DNA from: a virus
Lineage: Duplodnaviria; Heunggongvirae; Uroviricota; Caudoviricetes
Virus record (IMG/VR): IMGVR_UViG_2872152978_000008
Strand: one strand, 5' to 3'
Length of the DNA: 34,309 nt
Below, piece after piece: positions 1 through 10,976 of the stretch. The stretch's first letter is position 1; each line of letters starts with the position of its first letter. The notes beneath the pieces were generated by a model. That model saw only the letters and a program-made list of their open reading frames with translations. It did not search any database and was not told the origin of the DNA. The position numbers were made by a program, and so were the translations under genes.

Positions 1-1209
1 TTACGGGGTAATGCCAACCGCTGCCGCCACTTTGTCGCCACTTGGCAGCGTTGCCAGAGGATTGAAACGGAGCGCCGTTTCCAGATGATCCGGTGCCAGA
101 TGTGCGTAACGCATAGTCATTTTTATATCGTGGTGTCCGAGAATTTTTTGTAAGGCCAGAATGTTTCCACCCGACATCATGAAGTGCGCCGCAAACGTAT
201 GGCGCAGAACGTGTGTGAGTTGACCGCGAGGGAGCACGATAGACGTTTTTTCCATCACGGATAAAAATTGAAAATAGCAGTCTGTGAAGAAATTGAACCC
301 ATCAAGCGCCATGATCTCTTCGTAAAGCTCTTTACTGATAGGGATGCTTCTGTTTTTCTTCCCCTTCGTTCTGACAAAGGTAATTCGGTATTTGGTCACC
401 TGTGAGCGGGTAAGATTTACGGCTTCACGCTAGCGTGCGCCTGTGCTTAAGCATATCTTAACTACCAGTGCCAGAATTGGGTCCTGACGTTTGCAATCAG
501 CCAGCAATTCAACAATCTGCTCATGGGTAAGCCATGCCATCTCTTTTTCTGCGATGGTGAATTTTCGCATGTTCTCCAGTGGGTTCGGATACGACCATTC
601 GCCCAGACGGGATAGTTCGCTAAAAACACTACTTAGATAGCTTTGCTCCAGGTTAATGGTGACCGGGCTTGCTCCTTTCTTCCATTTCTCGCTGAAGTAG
701 CTCTCGCCTGTCAGGCGTTTATCTCGATAGTGGGCAAACATTTTAGAGGTGAGATCGGTTGCAAGAGGATTGCCCAGAGCGTCAACCATCAACAGCAATT
801 TGTCATAGACATGCTGCCCAGCTGTCAGAGATTTACCATGTAGTTTGAACCATAGCTCAACCACGTCTTTCAGTGTTCGACGATCCACTGATTCACCCAG
901 CCAGGGCTTTGCTTCGGTTTCTTCCATCGTGTGGCGCTCAAAAGCCAGTGCTTCGCCTTTGGTGGCGAATTGTTTACGCACACGACGCCCACTTCGTCCG
1001 GCAGGGTAACATTCGCAAAGCCATTTCCCAGTGGTGAGTTTTCGTACTGCCATAAAAAATGCCCTCCAGTAGAGAGTATTTTTACTGTATGTATAACCAG
1101 TGTCAATGTATGAAATCCTACGACCATACATCTCACTGAAGCCATAATGAAGTTGGCTATTCTTTTTGCTATGTGAGCATGTAACTTTTGCGGTTAACCT
1201 GCGGCTCAT
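1..1209 (-). pseudogene. int: P2-family tyrosine integrase interrupted by an in-frame TAG at 430-432
   Basis: ORFs 430-1209 and 1-399 are in the same frame, separated only by TAG. Read-through gives LSTGAR*REAVNLTRSQV...GKKNR...HVLRHTF...MRYAHL, where P2 Int (recalled) has ARWSEAE, so TGG(W) became TAG. Catalytic R/H-x-x-R/Y residues lie downstream of the stop. Confidence 0.85.
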
Positions 1210-1241
1210 TTTTATTTTAGACGCAGATATAAAAGCAAAAG

Positions 1242-1433
1242 TTATCGTGAGTTTTTAGTACAGATTTTTTTGGATTTACTAATAGTTCCATCATTGCAAA
1301 CAAATTTTCCATCGGAGGTACAGTGAGAGACACCTCCCTTTTTCCCAGAACAAGGATAATTTTTAGCATAGGTAGTTAGTGGGCTTAATAACAAAGAGCA
1401 TGATAAAACCACAAAAAATACTTTACCAAGCAT
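1242..1433 (-). CDS. Small secreted Cys-rich basic peptide, hypothetical (possible moron)
   Basis: 63-aa ORF with strong SD (GGGAGGA) 4-5 nt before ATG. N-terminal hydrophobic signal-like segment [23 protein letters not shown], then ~40-aa Lys-rich mature part with 4 Cys. Sits in an AT-rich stretch between repressor and integrase, same strand. Confidence 0.5.
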   Translation of the reverse strand: MLGKVFFVVLSCSLLLSPLTTYAKNYPCSGKKGGVSHCTSDGKFVCNDGTISKSKKICTKNSR

Positions 1434-1448
1434 AGTATCCTCCCGGTA

Positions 1449-2024
1449 TTATCTAACATATTTAACTGTTAAACTTATAATTTTACCAATTATTTCAATG
1501 TCTTCTATCTTACAGTCGAAGGCTCTGTTTCCACCCTCGACGAAGATTCTTCCACCGGGTAAACGAGTAATGTCACGGATCGTTACTTCGCCATCAATAC
1601 TTATTACCCATTTACCATCACGTATGTCATCAAATTCTTTATCACAAATAAATTCAGAATTGTTATCTGTGATGACAAAAGGTTTTTTAAACGTAGAGGG
1701 TAGAAATCCCTTATCAAAAATATAAAAACCGTCTTCACGCAAGGCACCATCAGATAATACATATTTAGCAACTTCCATAGTATTTGTATTACCTGAAGTT
1801 TGCTTTGAACCATGTCCGGTTGTGAGCCAATTAAGCGAGGTGCCCGTTTCAAGGGCGCACTGGATTACCCATTCTGCTGGGAATGAGTCACGCATGTAGC
1901 GTGTGGCGAGTGTACTTTTAGAGATTCCTAAATGATCGCACAACGCCTGTCGAGTCTTGAATCCATAAGCTTCTACCATGCGCTCTATGGCGCCTCGTCC
2001 GCCTTTCTCCAAATTCATGGTCAC
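1449..2024 (-). CDS. CI-type prophage immunity repressor
   Basis: 191-aa ORF with N-terminal HTH-like segment (TRQALCDHLGISKSTLATRYMR) and a C-terminal domain. Position between int and a divergent Apl/cII pair matches 186-type immunity region layout. Confidence 0.7.
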   Translation of the reverse strand: MTMNLEKGGRGAIERMVEAYGFKTRQALCDHLGISKSTLATRYMRDSFPAEWVIQCALETGTSLNWLTTGHGSKQTSGNTNTMEVAKYVLSDGALREDGFYIFDKGFLPSTFKKPFVITDNNSEFICDKEFDDIRDGKWVISIDGEVTIRDITRLPGGRIFVEGGNRAFDCKIEDIEIIGKIISLTVKYVR

Positions 2025-2143
2025 TCCAAGTGAACTTTTATCTTGATGATTTCACTGTGCGATCGTATGCTTATGGTGTTCACAAAATACAAACGATCCG
2101 TATTCGTCCTGATTAATCATCATTAAACGAGGAATGTTGCATC

Positions 2144-2365
2144 ATGAGACCTAACATTTCAATCACTCTTACCACGCCTCATGTGACTATTGAACGCTAT
2201 AGCGAGCTGACAGGGCTATCCATCGATACCATCAATGACATGTTGGCTGATGGACGCCTTATCCGTCACCGTCTGCGCAAAGATAAAAAACGCGAAAAAG
2301 TGATGATCAACATAGCAGCAATGACCGTTGATGCGCTTTCAGAATGCAATCTAAACCTTAATTAG
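2144..2365 (+). CDS. Apl/Cox-like small DNA-binding regulator or excisionase
   Basis: 73-aa basic ORF divergent from the repressor, with HTH-like segment ([23 protein letters not shown]). Ends with a TAG stop. Assigned by position and size. Confidence 0.5.
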   Translation: MRPNISITLTTPHVTIERYSELTGLSIDTINDMLADGRLIRHRLRKDKKREKVMINIAAMTVDALSECNLNLN

Positions 2366-2391
2366 TTCGATTCTGAAATACATCAGAGGCA

Positions 2392-2577
2392 TTGACCATG
2401 TTTGATTACCAAGTTTCCAAACATCCATATTTTGATGAAGCCTGTCGTGCATTTGCACTGCGCCACAATCTGGTGCAACTGGCAGAACGTGCAGGCATGA
2501 ATGTGCAGATTCTGCGGAACAAGCTGAACCCAGCTCAGCCTCATTTATTAACCGCACCAGAAATCTGGCTGCTTTGA
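2392..2577 (+). pseudogene. cII: CII-like regulator truncated after ~60 aa by IS911
   Basis: [59 protein letters not shown] resembles the N-terminus of 186 CII (~169 aa, recalled). Its TGA stop is the first three bases of the IS911 left inverted repeat. Confidence 0.65.
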
Positions 2578-2646
2578 AGTGGCACACTGAATTTGGCCAC
2601 CTGAACAGAGGTGATATGCTCACCTCAGAACAACACAGGTGCTCCA

Positions 2647-3815
<1,169 letters not shown>

Positions 3816-3857
3816 CCACTTCACGCCAGAGTTTTATTTGAGATCGCAAACAGGGAG

Positions 3858-4463
3858 GTGGCTTATTACAACATAAGGCAGGAGTTTAATTACTCAACTG
3901 AAATTACTGATTTCATGAAAGCGGTATATTTCCTGTATCTCAATCGTCACGGTTACCGTGGTTTATGTCGCTATAACAAGAGCGGGCATTTCAACATTCC
4001 CTACGGCAATTATAAAAATCCGTATTTCCCTGAAAAAGAAATTCGCGCATTTGCAGAAAAAGCCCAGCGAGCAACGTTTATCTGCGCCAGCTTTGATGAA
4101 ACGCTGGCGATGTTGAAGGCGGGGGATGTGGTGTATTGCGATCCACCGTATGACGGTACGTTTTCCGGCTATCACACTGATGGTTTCACTGAAGATGACC
4201 AGTATCACCTAGCATCCGTTCTTGAACATCGGTCATCAGAAGGACATCCGGTCATTGTTTCTAACAGTGACACATCCCTGATCCGTTCGCTGTATTGCAA
4301 TTTTACTCACCACTATATCAAGGTAAAACGCAGCATCGGTGTGGCAGCTGGCGAGGGTAAATCAGCAACAGAAATCATTGCTGTTTCCGGGCCGCGCTGC
4401 TGGGTGGGATTTGATTATTCGCGTGGCGTGGATAGTTCTGCCGTGTACGGAGTACGTGCATGA
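3858..4463 (+). pseudogene. Dam-like N6-adenine DNA methyltransferase, 5'-truncated fragment
   Basis: [35 protein letters not shown]...VVYCDPPY...HTDGF aligns by eye with the C-terminal ~2/3 of E. coli Dam (DPPY motif IV). The N-terminal AdoMet-binding region is missing; the fragment begins 34 bp after the IS911 right end. Confidence 0.75.
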
Positions 4464-5984
4464 GCCATGCCGATATGAACAACTGCTGCGGCTTTAACGA
4501 GGCTGCCGCAGCGTTCTCATGGAACAGCCCGAAAAAGGCCATTAACCCTTATCTGGACCCGGCGGAAGTTGCGCCGGTTTCTGCGCTTTCAAACCTGATC
4601 ACTCTGTACGCTGCCGATAACGAGCAGGAACAGTTGCGCCGCGAGGCACTGAGTGATCAGGTCTGGGAGCGTTATTTTTTTTATGAATCACGTGATCCTG
4701 TCCAGCACGAAATGGAGCAGGATAAGCTCATTAGCCGGGCAAAGCTGGCGCATGAGCAGCAGCGTTTTAATCCGGATATGGTCATTCTGGCGGACGTCAA
4801 CGCTCAGCCTTCCCATATCAGCAAGCCGCTGATGCAACGTATTGAATACTTCAGCAGCCTGGGCAGGCCAAAGGCTTATTCCCGCTATTTACGTGAGACG
4901 ATTAAGCCATGTCTGGAACGACTGGAGCATGTACGCGACAGCCAGCTATCTGCATCTTTTCGTTTTATGGCAAGCCATGTAGGGCTGGACGGCCTGCTGA
5001 TTCTGCCTGAAATGAGTCAGGATCAGGTGAAACGCCTGTCTACCCTTGTCGCTGCGCATATGAGCATGTGCCTTGATGCAGCTTGTGGTGATTTGTATGC
5101 CACCGATGACGTTAAGCCAGAAGAAATCCGCAAGACATGGGAAAAGGTGGCAGCGGAAACCCTGCGTCTGGATGTCATCCCGCCTGCGTTTGAGCAACTC
5201 CGTCGGAAAAGAAACCGCCGTAAACCCGTGCCCTATGAACTCATTCCGGGTTCGCTGGCGCGTATGTTGTGCGCCGACTGGTGGTACCGGAAATTATGGA
5301 AAATGCGTTGCGAATGGCGGGAAGAGCAGTTGCGTGCTGTCTGCCTGGTCAGCAAAAAAGCATCTCCCTATGTCAGCTATGAAGCCGTGATGCATAAACG
5401 TGAGCAGCGCCGCAAGTCATTGGAGTTTTTCCGTTCTCATGAACTGGTGAACGAAGAGGGCGACACGCTGGATATGGAAGACGTGGTAAACGCCAGCAGC
5501 AGCAACCCGGCGCACCGCCGCAATGAGATGATGGCCTGTGTTAAAGGTCTGGAGCTTATCGCGGAAATGCGCGGTGACTGCGCCGTTTTCTACACCATTA
5601 CCTGTCCGTCACGTTTCCATTCCACGCTCAATAACGGCAGACCAAACCCAACCTGGACAAATGCGACGGTAAGACAAAGCAGCGATTATCTGGTCGGCAT
5701 GTTTGCTGCATTTCGTAAGGCGATGCACAAAGCCGGGTTGCGCTGGTATGGCGTGCGGGTGGCTGAGCCGCATCATGACGGTACAGTTCACTGGCACCTG
5801 TTGTGTTTTATGCGCAAAAAAGACCGCCGCGCCATTACTGCATTGTTGCGTAAGTTTGCCATCCGTGAAGACCGCGAGGAACTGGGTAATAACACTGGTC
5901 CACGCTTTAAATATGAGCTGATAAACCCGCGCAAAGGAACGCCGACAAGCTACATCGCGAAATACATCAGTAAGAACATTGACG
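4460..5984 (+). pseudogene. A: Replication initiation gene A (rolling-circle nickase), N-terminal part, split by IS66-family insertion
   Basis: 513-aa ORF ending ...[12 protein letters not shown] at the IS66 junction; resembles P2/186 gpA. Confidence 0.85.
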
Positions 5985-6055
5985 GTAAGCGTACAGCCTG
6001 AACCGTCTGGTCAGAATCTGACGAATTAGACAAAGTGGTGTCCACCAAATAAGTA

Positions 6056-6457
6056 GTGGGAACCAAAGTGTCAGATATGCAGAAAAATGTGAATCCCGGC
6101 AGGCGAAAAGGCTGCCCTAATTATCCTCCCGAATTTAAACAGCAGCTCGTTGCTGCCTCCTGTGAACCCGGGATATCCATCTCAAAACTTGCTCTTGAAA
6201 ATGGCATTAACGCCAATCTGTTGTTCAAATGGCGACAACAATGGCGCGAGGGAAAGCTGCTATTACCTTCTTCAGAGAGCCCCCAGCTACTTCCTGTGAC
6301 TCTCGATGCAGCTGCCGAACAGCCAGAATCGCTCGCAGAGGATCCGGAAACCCTCAGTATCAGCTGTGAGGTAACGTTCCGGCACGGGACGCTCCGCTTC
6401 AATGGCAATGTCAGCGAAAAGCTCCTGACTCTGCTGATACAGGAACTGAAGCGATGA
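6056..6457 (+). CDS. IS66-family accessory protein TnpA (orf1)
   Basis: First of three co-oriented ORFs inside the IS; true start may be the internal Met at ~6077. Confidence 0.7.
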   Translation: MGTKVSDMQKNVNPGRRKGCPNYPPEFKQQLVAASCEPGISISKLALENGINANLLFKWRQQWREGKLLLPSSESPQLLPVTLDAAAEQPESLAEDPETLSISCEVTFRHGTLRFNGNVSEKLLTLLIQELKR

Positions 6458-6801
6458 TCCCGTTACCTTCCGGGACCAAAATTTGGCTGGTTGCCGGTAT
6501 CACCGATATGAGAAATGGCTTCAACGGCCTGGCGGCAAAGGTGCAGACGACGCTGAAAGACGATCCGATGTCAGGTCACGTTTTTATCTTCCGTGGGCGT
6601 AATGGCAGTCAGGTAAAGCTCCTCTGGTCTACCGGCGATGGACTGTGTCTGCTGACCAAACGGCTGGAGCGCGGCCGCTTCGCCTGGCCGTCAGCCCGGG
6701 ATGGCAAAGTGTTCCTCACACCGGCACAGCTGGCGATGCTCCTTGAAGGTATCGACTGGCGGCAGCCTAAAAGACTGCTTACGTCCCTGACTATGTTGTA
6801 A
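6454..6801 (+). CDS. IS66-family TnpB (orf2)
   Basis: 115-aa ORF overlapping orf1 stop by 4 nt (ATGA), typical IS66 tnpB arrangement. Confidence 0.75.
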   Translation: MIPLPSGTKIWLVAGITDMRNGFNGLAAKVQTTLKDDPMSGHVFIFRGRNGSQVKLLWSTGDGLCLLTKRLERGRFAWPSARDGKVFLTPAQLAMLLEGIDWRQPKRLLTSLTML

Positions 6802-6849
6802 GCCTCTTTATCCTGGTCGACGCTGAATGAGCCTGGTAATATACCCGGT

Positions 6850-8387
6850 ATGAGCAGCTCACTTCCTGACGATATCAATGCACTGAAACGTCTCCTTGCC
6901 GAACAGGAGGCGCTGAACCGTGCCCTGCTGGAAAAGCTGAACGAGCGTGAACGCGAAATAGACCATCTGCAGGCACAGCTGGATAAGCTGCGCCGGATGA
7001 ACTTCGGCAGCCGCTCCGAAAAAGTCTCCGTCGTATCGCACAGATGGAAGCTGACCTGAAGGCACTTCAGAAAGAAAGTGATACCCTTACCGGTCGGGTT
7101 GACGACCCGGCCGTGCAGCGCCCGCTGCGTCAAACCCGCACCCGCAAACCGTTCCCCGAATCACTCCCCCGCGATGAAAAACGGCTGCTGCCGGCAGCGT
7201 CATGCTGCCCGGAATGTGGAGGCTCACTGAGCTATCCGGGTGAGGATGCCGCCGAACAGCTGGAGTTGATGCGCAGCGTCTTCCGGGTTATCCGGACTGT
7301 ACGTGAAAAGCATGCCTGTACTCAGTGCGATGCCATCGTGCAGGCCCCCGCGCCTTCACGGCCCATCGAGCGGGGTATCGCAGGACCGGGGCTGCTGGCC
7401 CGCGTGCTGATCTCAAAGTATGCAGAGCACACCCCGCTGTACCGCCAGTCTGAAATGTACGGCCGCCAGGGCGTGGAGCTGAGTCGTTCACTGCTGTCGG
7501 GCTGGGTGGATGCATGCTGCCGGCTACTGTCACCGCTGGAAGAAGCGCTTCAGGATTATGTGCTGACTGACGGTAAGCTCCATGCTGATGACACGCCTGT
7601 CCCGGTGCTGTTGCCAGGCAATAAGAAAACGAAGACCGGGCGGTTATGGACCTACGTTCGTGACGACCGTAACGCCGGGTCAACGCTGGCGCCGGCGGTG
7701 TGGTTCGCTTACAGCCCGGACAGAAAAGGCATCCATCTGCAGACCCATCTTGCGGGGTTCAGTGGTGTACTGCAGGCGGATGCATACGCCGGGTTCAACG
7801 AGCTGTACCGGGATGGCCGGATAACGGAAGCCGCCTGTTGGGCTCACGCCCGCCGTAAAATCCACGATGTGCACGTTCGCACCCCGTCAGCCCTGACGGA
7901 GGAAGCGCTGAAACGGATCGGCGAACTGTACGCCATCGAGGCAGAGATAAGGGGAATGACGGCGGAGCAGCGCCTTGCCGAACGTCAGTTGAAAACGAAA
8001 CCGCTGCTGAAATCCCTGGAAAGCTGGCTGCGTGAAAAGATGAAAACCCTGTCGCGACACTCAGAACTGGCGAAAGCGTTCGCATACGCCCTGAACCAGT
8101 GGCCGGCGCTGACGTACTATGCAGATGATGGCTGGGCTGAGGCGGACAATAATATCGCTGAAAATGCGTTGCGGATGGTCAGTCTGGGCCGCAAAAACTA
8201 CCTGTTCTTCGGTTCGGATCATGGAGGAGAGCGGGGAGCGCTGCTGTACAGCCTGATCGGGACGTGCAAACTGAACGGAGTGGAGCCAGAAAGCTACCTC
8301 CGCTATGTACTTGACGTCATAGCCGACTGGCCGATAAACCGGGTCGGCGAACTGCTCCCCTGGCGCGTAGCACTGCCGACTGAATAA
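6850..8387 (+). pseudogene. IS66-family transposase TnpC carrying a frameshift near 7027-7035
   Basis: ORF 6850-7059 (MSSSLPDDINALKRLLAEQE...) and ORF 7044-8387 overlap in different frames. Adding one base in GTCTCCGTCGT restores a continuous reading ...[18 protein letters not shown].... Confidence 0.75.
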
Positions 8388-8424
8388 CACATCCCCGTCA
8401 ATACGGTTCTTGCTGCACGCTTAC

Positions 8425-9322
8425 CATTGACGGGCGTGGTCTGGCTGGCGAGATCAGCAAGGAAACGGGTAAATCCCTGCGTGATAACGCTGAATACGTT
8501 AATCCCTGGGCGTCTCTGCATCGTGTTCAGCAATTCCGCTTCTTTGGTATTCCAGGGCGTCAGGCTTACCGTGAACTGCGGTTGTTGGCTGGTCAGGCGG
8601 CAAGGCAGCAGGGTGACAAAAAAGCAGGTGCGCCGGTACTGGATAACCCGCGCCTTGATGCCATCCTGGCTGCTGCTGATGCTGGCTGTTTTGCCACCTA
8701 CATTATGAGGCAGGGCGGCGTGCTGGTTCCTCGCAAATATCACTTGATCAGAACCGCTTATGAAATCAATGAAGAGCCGACCGCCTATGGCGATCACGGT
8801 ATTCGTATTTATGGCATCTGGTCACCCATTGCAGAAGGCAAGATCTGCACTCATGCAGTGAAGTGGAAAATGGTTCGTAAAGCCGTTGACGTTCAGGAGG
8901 CGGCAGCCGACCAGGGCGCTTGCGCCCCTTGGACTCGTGGCAATAACTGTCCCCTTGCTGAAAATTTGAACCAACAGGAGAAAGATAAATCAGCTGATGG
9001 GAACCCCAGAACGGACATTACCAGCATGGATGACAAGGAGTTGCACGATTACCTGCACAGTATGAGCAAAAAAGAGCGCCGGGAACTGGCAGCAAGGTTA
9101 CGCCTGGTGAAACCGAAACGGCGTAAAGACTACAAACAGCGAATTACAGACCATCAGCGACTGCAGCTCGTGTATGAGCTGAAGTCCAGAGGATTTGATG
9201 GCAGCGAGAAAGAGGTCGATTTACTCCTTCGCGGAGGCAGTATTCCGTCAGGAGCAGGCCTGCGTATCTTCTATCGGAACCAGCGTTTGCAGGAAGATGA
9301 TCAGTGGCGGAACCTGTATTAA
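8425..9322 (+). pseudogene. A: Replication gene A, C-terminal part
   Basis: Same reading frame as 4460-5984 once the 2448-bp insertion (IS + duplication, a multiple of 3) is removed. Frame reads [31 protein letters not shown]... continuing into ORF 8582-9322. Confidence 0.8.
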
Positions 9323-9414
9323 TTACGCGGGTTAACAATTCGTGCTCTTAATAATACCAGGCATATCAGGCTGATGAACGTAAAAAAACGTTTTACATCA
9401 GTAAGATTATTATA

Positions 9415-9434
9415 TACTGTAAATATAAACAGTG
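9415..9434 (+). promoter_or_regulatory. LexA (SOS) box TACTGTAAATATAAACAGTG
   Basis: CTGT-N8-ACAG with AT-rich spacer, 42 bp upstream of the ATG at 9476, within AT-rich promoter-like sequence. Confidence 0.7.
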
Positions 9435-9475
9435 GTTATGCATGCAGTATTGCGTGTGGTGTCATAGGAGGAAAG

Positions 9476-9664
9476 ATGCAGGACTATTTTTTGGAGTCTT
9501 TGAAGCTCCAGCGCATTGATTTTTTTCTTAAGCTTGTAGCGGCTAGTGAGTGTAGTGATGAAGAGAAGGGGCTGGCTCTGCAGTGGGTTTCTGAATTGAC
9601 TGATGAACTCATGGCAAAAATCAGAACCCACGAATACAACCGCTCAATGGATGTCATCAGCTGA
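9476..9664 (+). CDS. Small SOS-regulated protein, hypothetical (possible Tum-like antirepressor)
   Basis: 62-aa ORF with AGGAGG SD 5 nt upstream and a LexA box in its promoter. The longer track ORF (from 9374) would place the LexA box inside the coding sequence. Confidence 0.5.
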   Translation: MQDYFLESLKLQRIDFFLKLVAASECSDEEKGLALQWVSELTDELMAKIRTHEYNRSMDVIS

Positions 9665-9674
9665 GGTGACTTTT

Positions 9675-9908
9675 ATGCGCATTGAAATAATGATCGATAA
9701 AGAGCAGAAGATTAGCCAGTCTACCCTGGACGCTCTTGAATCCGAGCTTTACCGCAATCTGCGCCCTCTGTATCCCAAAACGGTAATTCGTATCCGCAAA
9801 GGTAGCTCTAACGGTGTGGAACTTACCGGATTGCAACTGGACGAAGAAAGAAAACAAGTGATGAAAATTATGCAGAAGGTGTGGGAAGACGACAGCTGGC
9901 TGCATTAA
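9675..9908 (+). CDS. DinI-family protein
   Basis: MRIEIMIDKEQKISQSTLDALESELYRNLRPLYPK...VWEDDSWLH resembles E. coli DinI (MRIEVTIAK...WESADDWFVSE, recalled); GAGGTG SD upstream. Confidence 0.7.
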   Translation: MRIEIMIDKEQKISQSTLDALESELYRNLRPLYPKTVIRIRKGSSNGVELTGLQLDEERKQVMKIMQKVWEDDSWLH

Positions 9909-10043
9909 GAAACGTTGCTGGCGTCTGAACTAGCTTCTGGCGTCAGCAAGGTTGAACAACGAGCCCTTGCGAGGCGTTAGCTCTGTAGTGCATGTCTATG
10001 CCGCATGAGATCGCATGATCGTTTGAGGATCGTTTTTGCTAAG

Positions 10044-10068
10044 GCCCGCCAGAACTGGCGGGCTTTTG
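10044..10068 (+). terminator. Candidate rho-independent terminator after the SOS operon
   Basis: GC-rich hairpin GCCCGCCAG-AA-CTGGCGGGC followed by TTTTG. Confidence 0.55.
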
Positions 10069-10167
10069 CGTAGATCATGCAGGTGCATGAAAACCACTAC
10101 ATAAAGCGGGCAGGTAATGCTGCCAACTTACTGATTTAGTGTATGATGGTGATTTTAAGGTGCTTGC

Positions 10168-10443
10168 GTGGCTTCCATTTCCATCAGATGTCCTTCCTGC
10201 TCCGCTACTGAAGGCGTGGTGCGTAACGGCAAAAGCACTGCCGGACATCAGCGCTATCTCTGCTCTCATTGCCGTAAAACATGGCAACTACAGTTCACTT
10301 ACACCGCCTCTCAGCCCGGTACGCACCAGAAAATCATTGATATGGCCATGAATGGCGTCGGATGTCGCGCCAGTGCACGCATTATGGGCGTTGGCCTCAA
10401 CACGGTTTTACGTCACTTAAAAAACTCAGGCCGCAGTCGGTAA
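10168..10443 (+). CDS. insA: IS1 InsA
   Basis: [42 protein letters not shown]... is the canonical IS1 InsA. Confidence 0.9.
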   Translation: MASISIRCPSCSATEGVVRNGKSTAGHQRYLCSHCRKTWQLQFTYTASQPGTHQKIIDMAMNGVGCRASARIMGVGLNTVLRHLKNSGRSR

Positions 10444-10865
10444 CCTCGCGCATACAACCGGGCAGTGATGTGATTGTCTGCGCTGAAATGGACGAACAGT
10501 GGGGCTACGTCGGTGCTAAATCACGTCAGCGCTGGCTGTTTTACGCGTATGACAGGATACGGAGGACGGTTGTGGCGCACGTCTTCGGTGAACGCACTCT
10601 GACCACACTGGAGCGTCTTCTGAGCCTGCTGTCGGCCTTTGAGGTCGTGGTATGGATGACGGATGGCTGGCCGCTGTATGAATCACGCCTGAAGGGAAAG
10701 CTGCACGTTATCAGCAAGCGTTACACTCAGCGCATTGAGCGACATAATCTGAATCTGAGACAACATCTGGCAAGGCTGGGACGGAAGTCACTGTCGTTCT
10801 CAAAATCGGTGGAGCTGCATGACAAGGTCATCGGGCATTATCTGAACATAAAACACTATCAGTAA
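10362..10865 (+). CDS. insB: IS1 InsB (expressed as InsAB' by -1 frameshift)
   Basis: -1 frame relative to insA; canonical IS1 InsB sequence. Confidence 0.85.
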   Translation: MSRQCTHYGRWPQHGFTSLKKLRPQSVTSRIQPGSDVIVCAEMDEQWGYVGAKSRQRWLFYAYDRIRRTVVAHVFGERTLTTLERLLSLLSAFEVVVWMTDGWPLYESRLKGKLHVISKRYTQRIERHNLNLRQHLARLGRKSLSFSKSVELHDKVIGHYLNIKHYQ

Positions 10866-10889
10866 GTTGGAGTCATTACCAGCGGGCAG

Positions 10890-10910
10890 GCGTGGCGGGG
10901 ATACGATTGC
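10890..10910. other. cos-like motif GGCGTGGCGGGGATACGATTG
   Basis: First 13 nt identical to the 186 cohesive-end sequence as I recall it (GGCGTGGCGGGGAAAGCAT). It sits immediately right of the IS1 target duplication, where GC-rich phage DNA changes to the AT-rich cassette. From memory, not verified. Confidence 0.3.
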
Positions 10911-10976
10911 GCGCTAGGTATAAGTGTGTAAAATAATTCCAAAATAAATCATCACCAATGAAGTGAGAGGGTAATA

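Larger units (their letters stand above)
5985..8424 (+). mobile_element. IS66-family insertion sequence (~2440 bp) with 8-bp target duplication CATTGACG
   Basis: Terminal inverted repeats GTAAGCGTACAGCCTGAACCG (5985-) and reverse complement GTAAGCGTGCAGCAAGAACCG (to 8424). Identical CATTGACG at 5977-5984 and 8425-8432. Three-ORF tnpA/tnpB/tnpC layout. Confidence 0.85.
10114..10881 (+). mobile_element. IS1 copy 1 (768 bp) with 9-bp target duplication AGCGGGCAG
   Basis: Ends GGTAATGCTGCCAACTTACTG... and ...GTAAGTTGGAGTCATTACC. AGCGGGCAG at 10105-10113 and 10882-10890. insA/insB with A6C slip site at 10419-10425. Confidence 0.9.

Noticed and set aside
430-432. TAG as a reassigned sense codon
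   Set aside because: Only three in-frame TAGs were seen, the Apl-like gene terminates naturally on TAG, and the element carries many other inactivating lesions; ordinary nonsense mutation is the simpler explanation.
9374-9475. Longer N-terminal extension of the SOS-regulated small ORF (start at 9374)
   Set aside because: The extension would contain the LexA box and promoter-like AT-rich sequence; the ATG at 9476 has a good AGGAGG SD.
9909-10043. Short direct and palindromic repeats (TGGCGTC twice, GCATGAGATCGCATGATCG) between dinI-like gene and terminator
   Set aside because: Too short and irregular to assign as a binding site or repeat element without comparative data.
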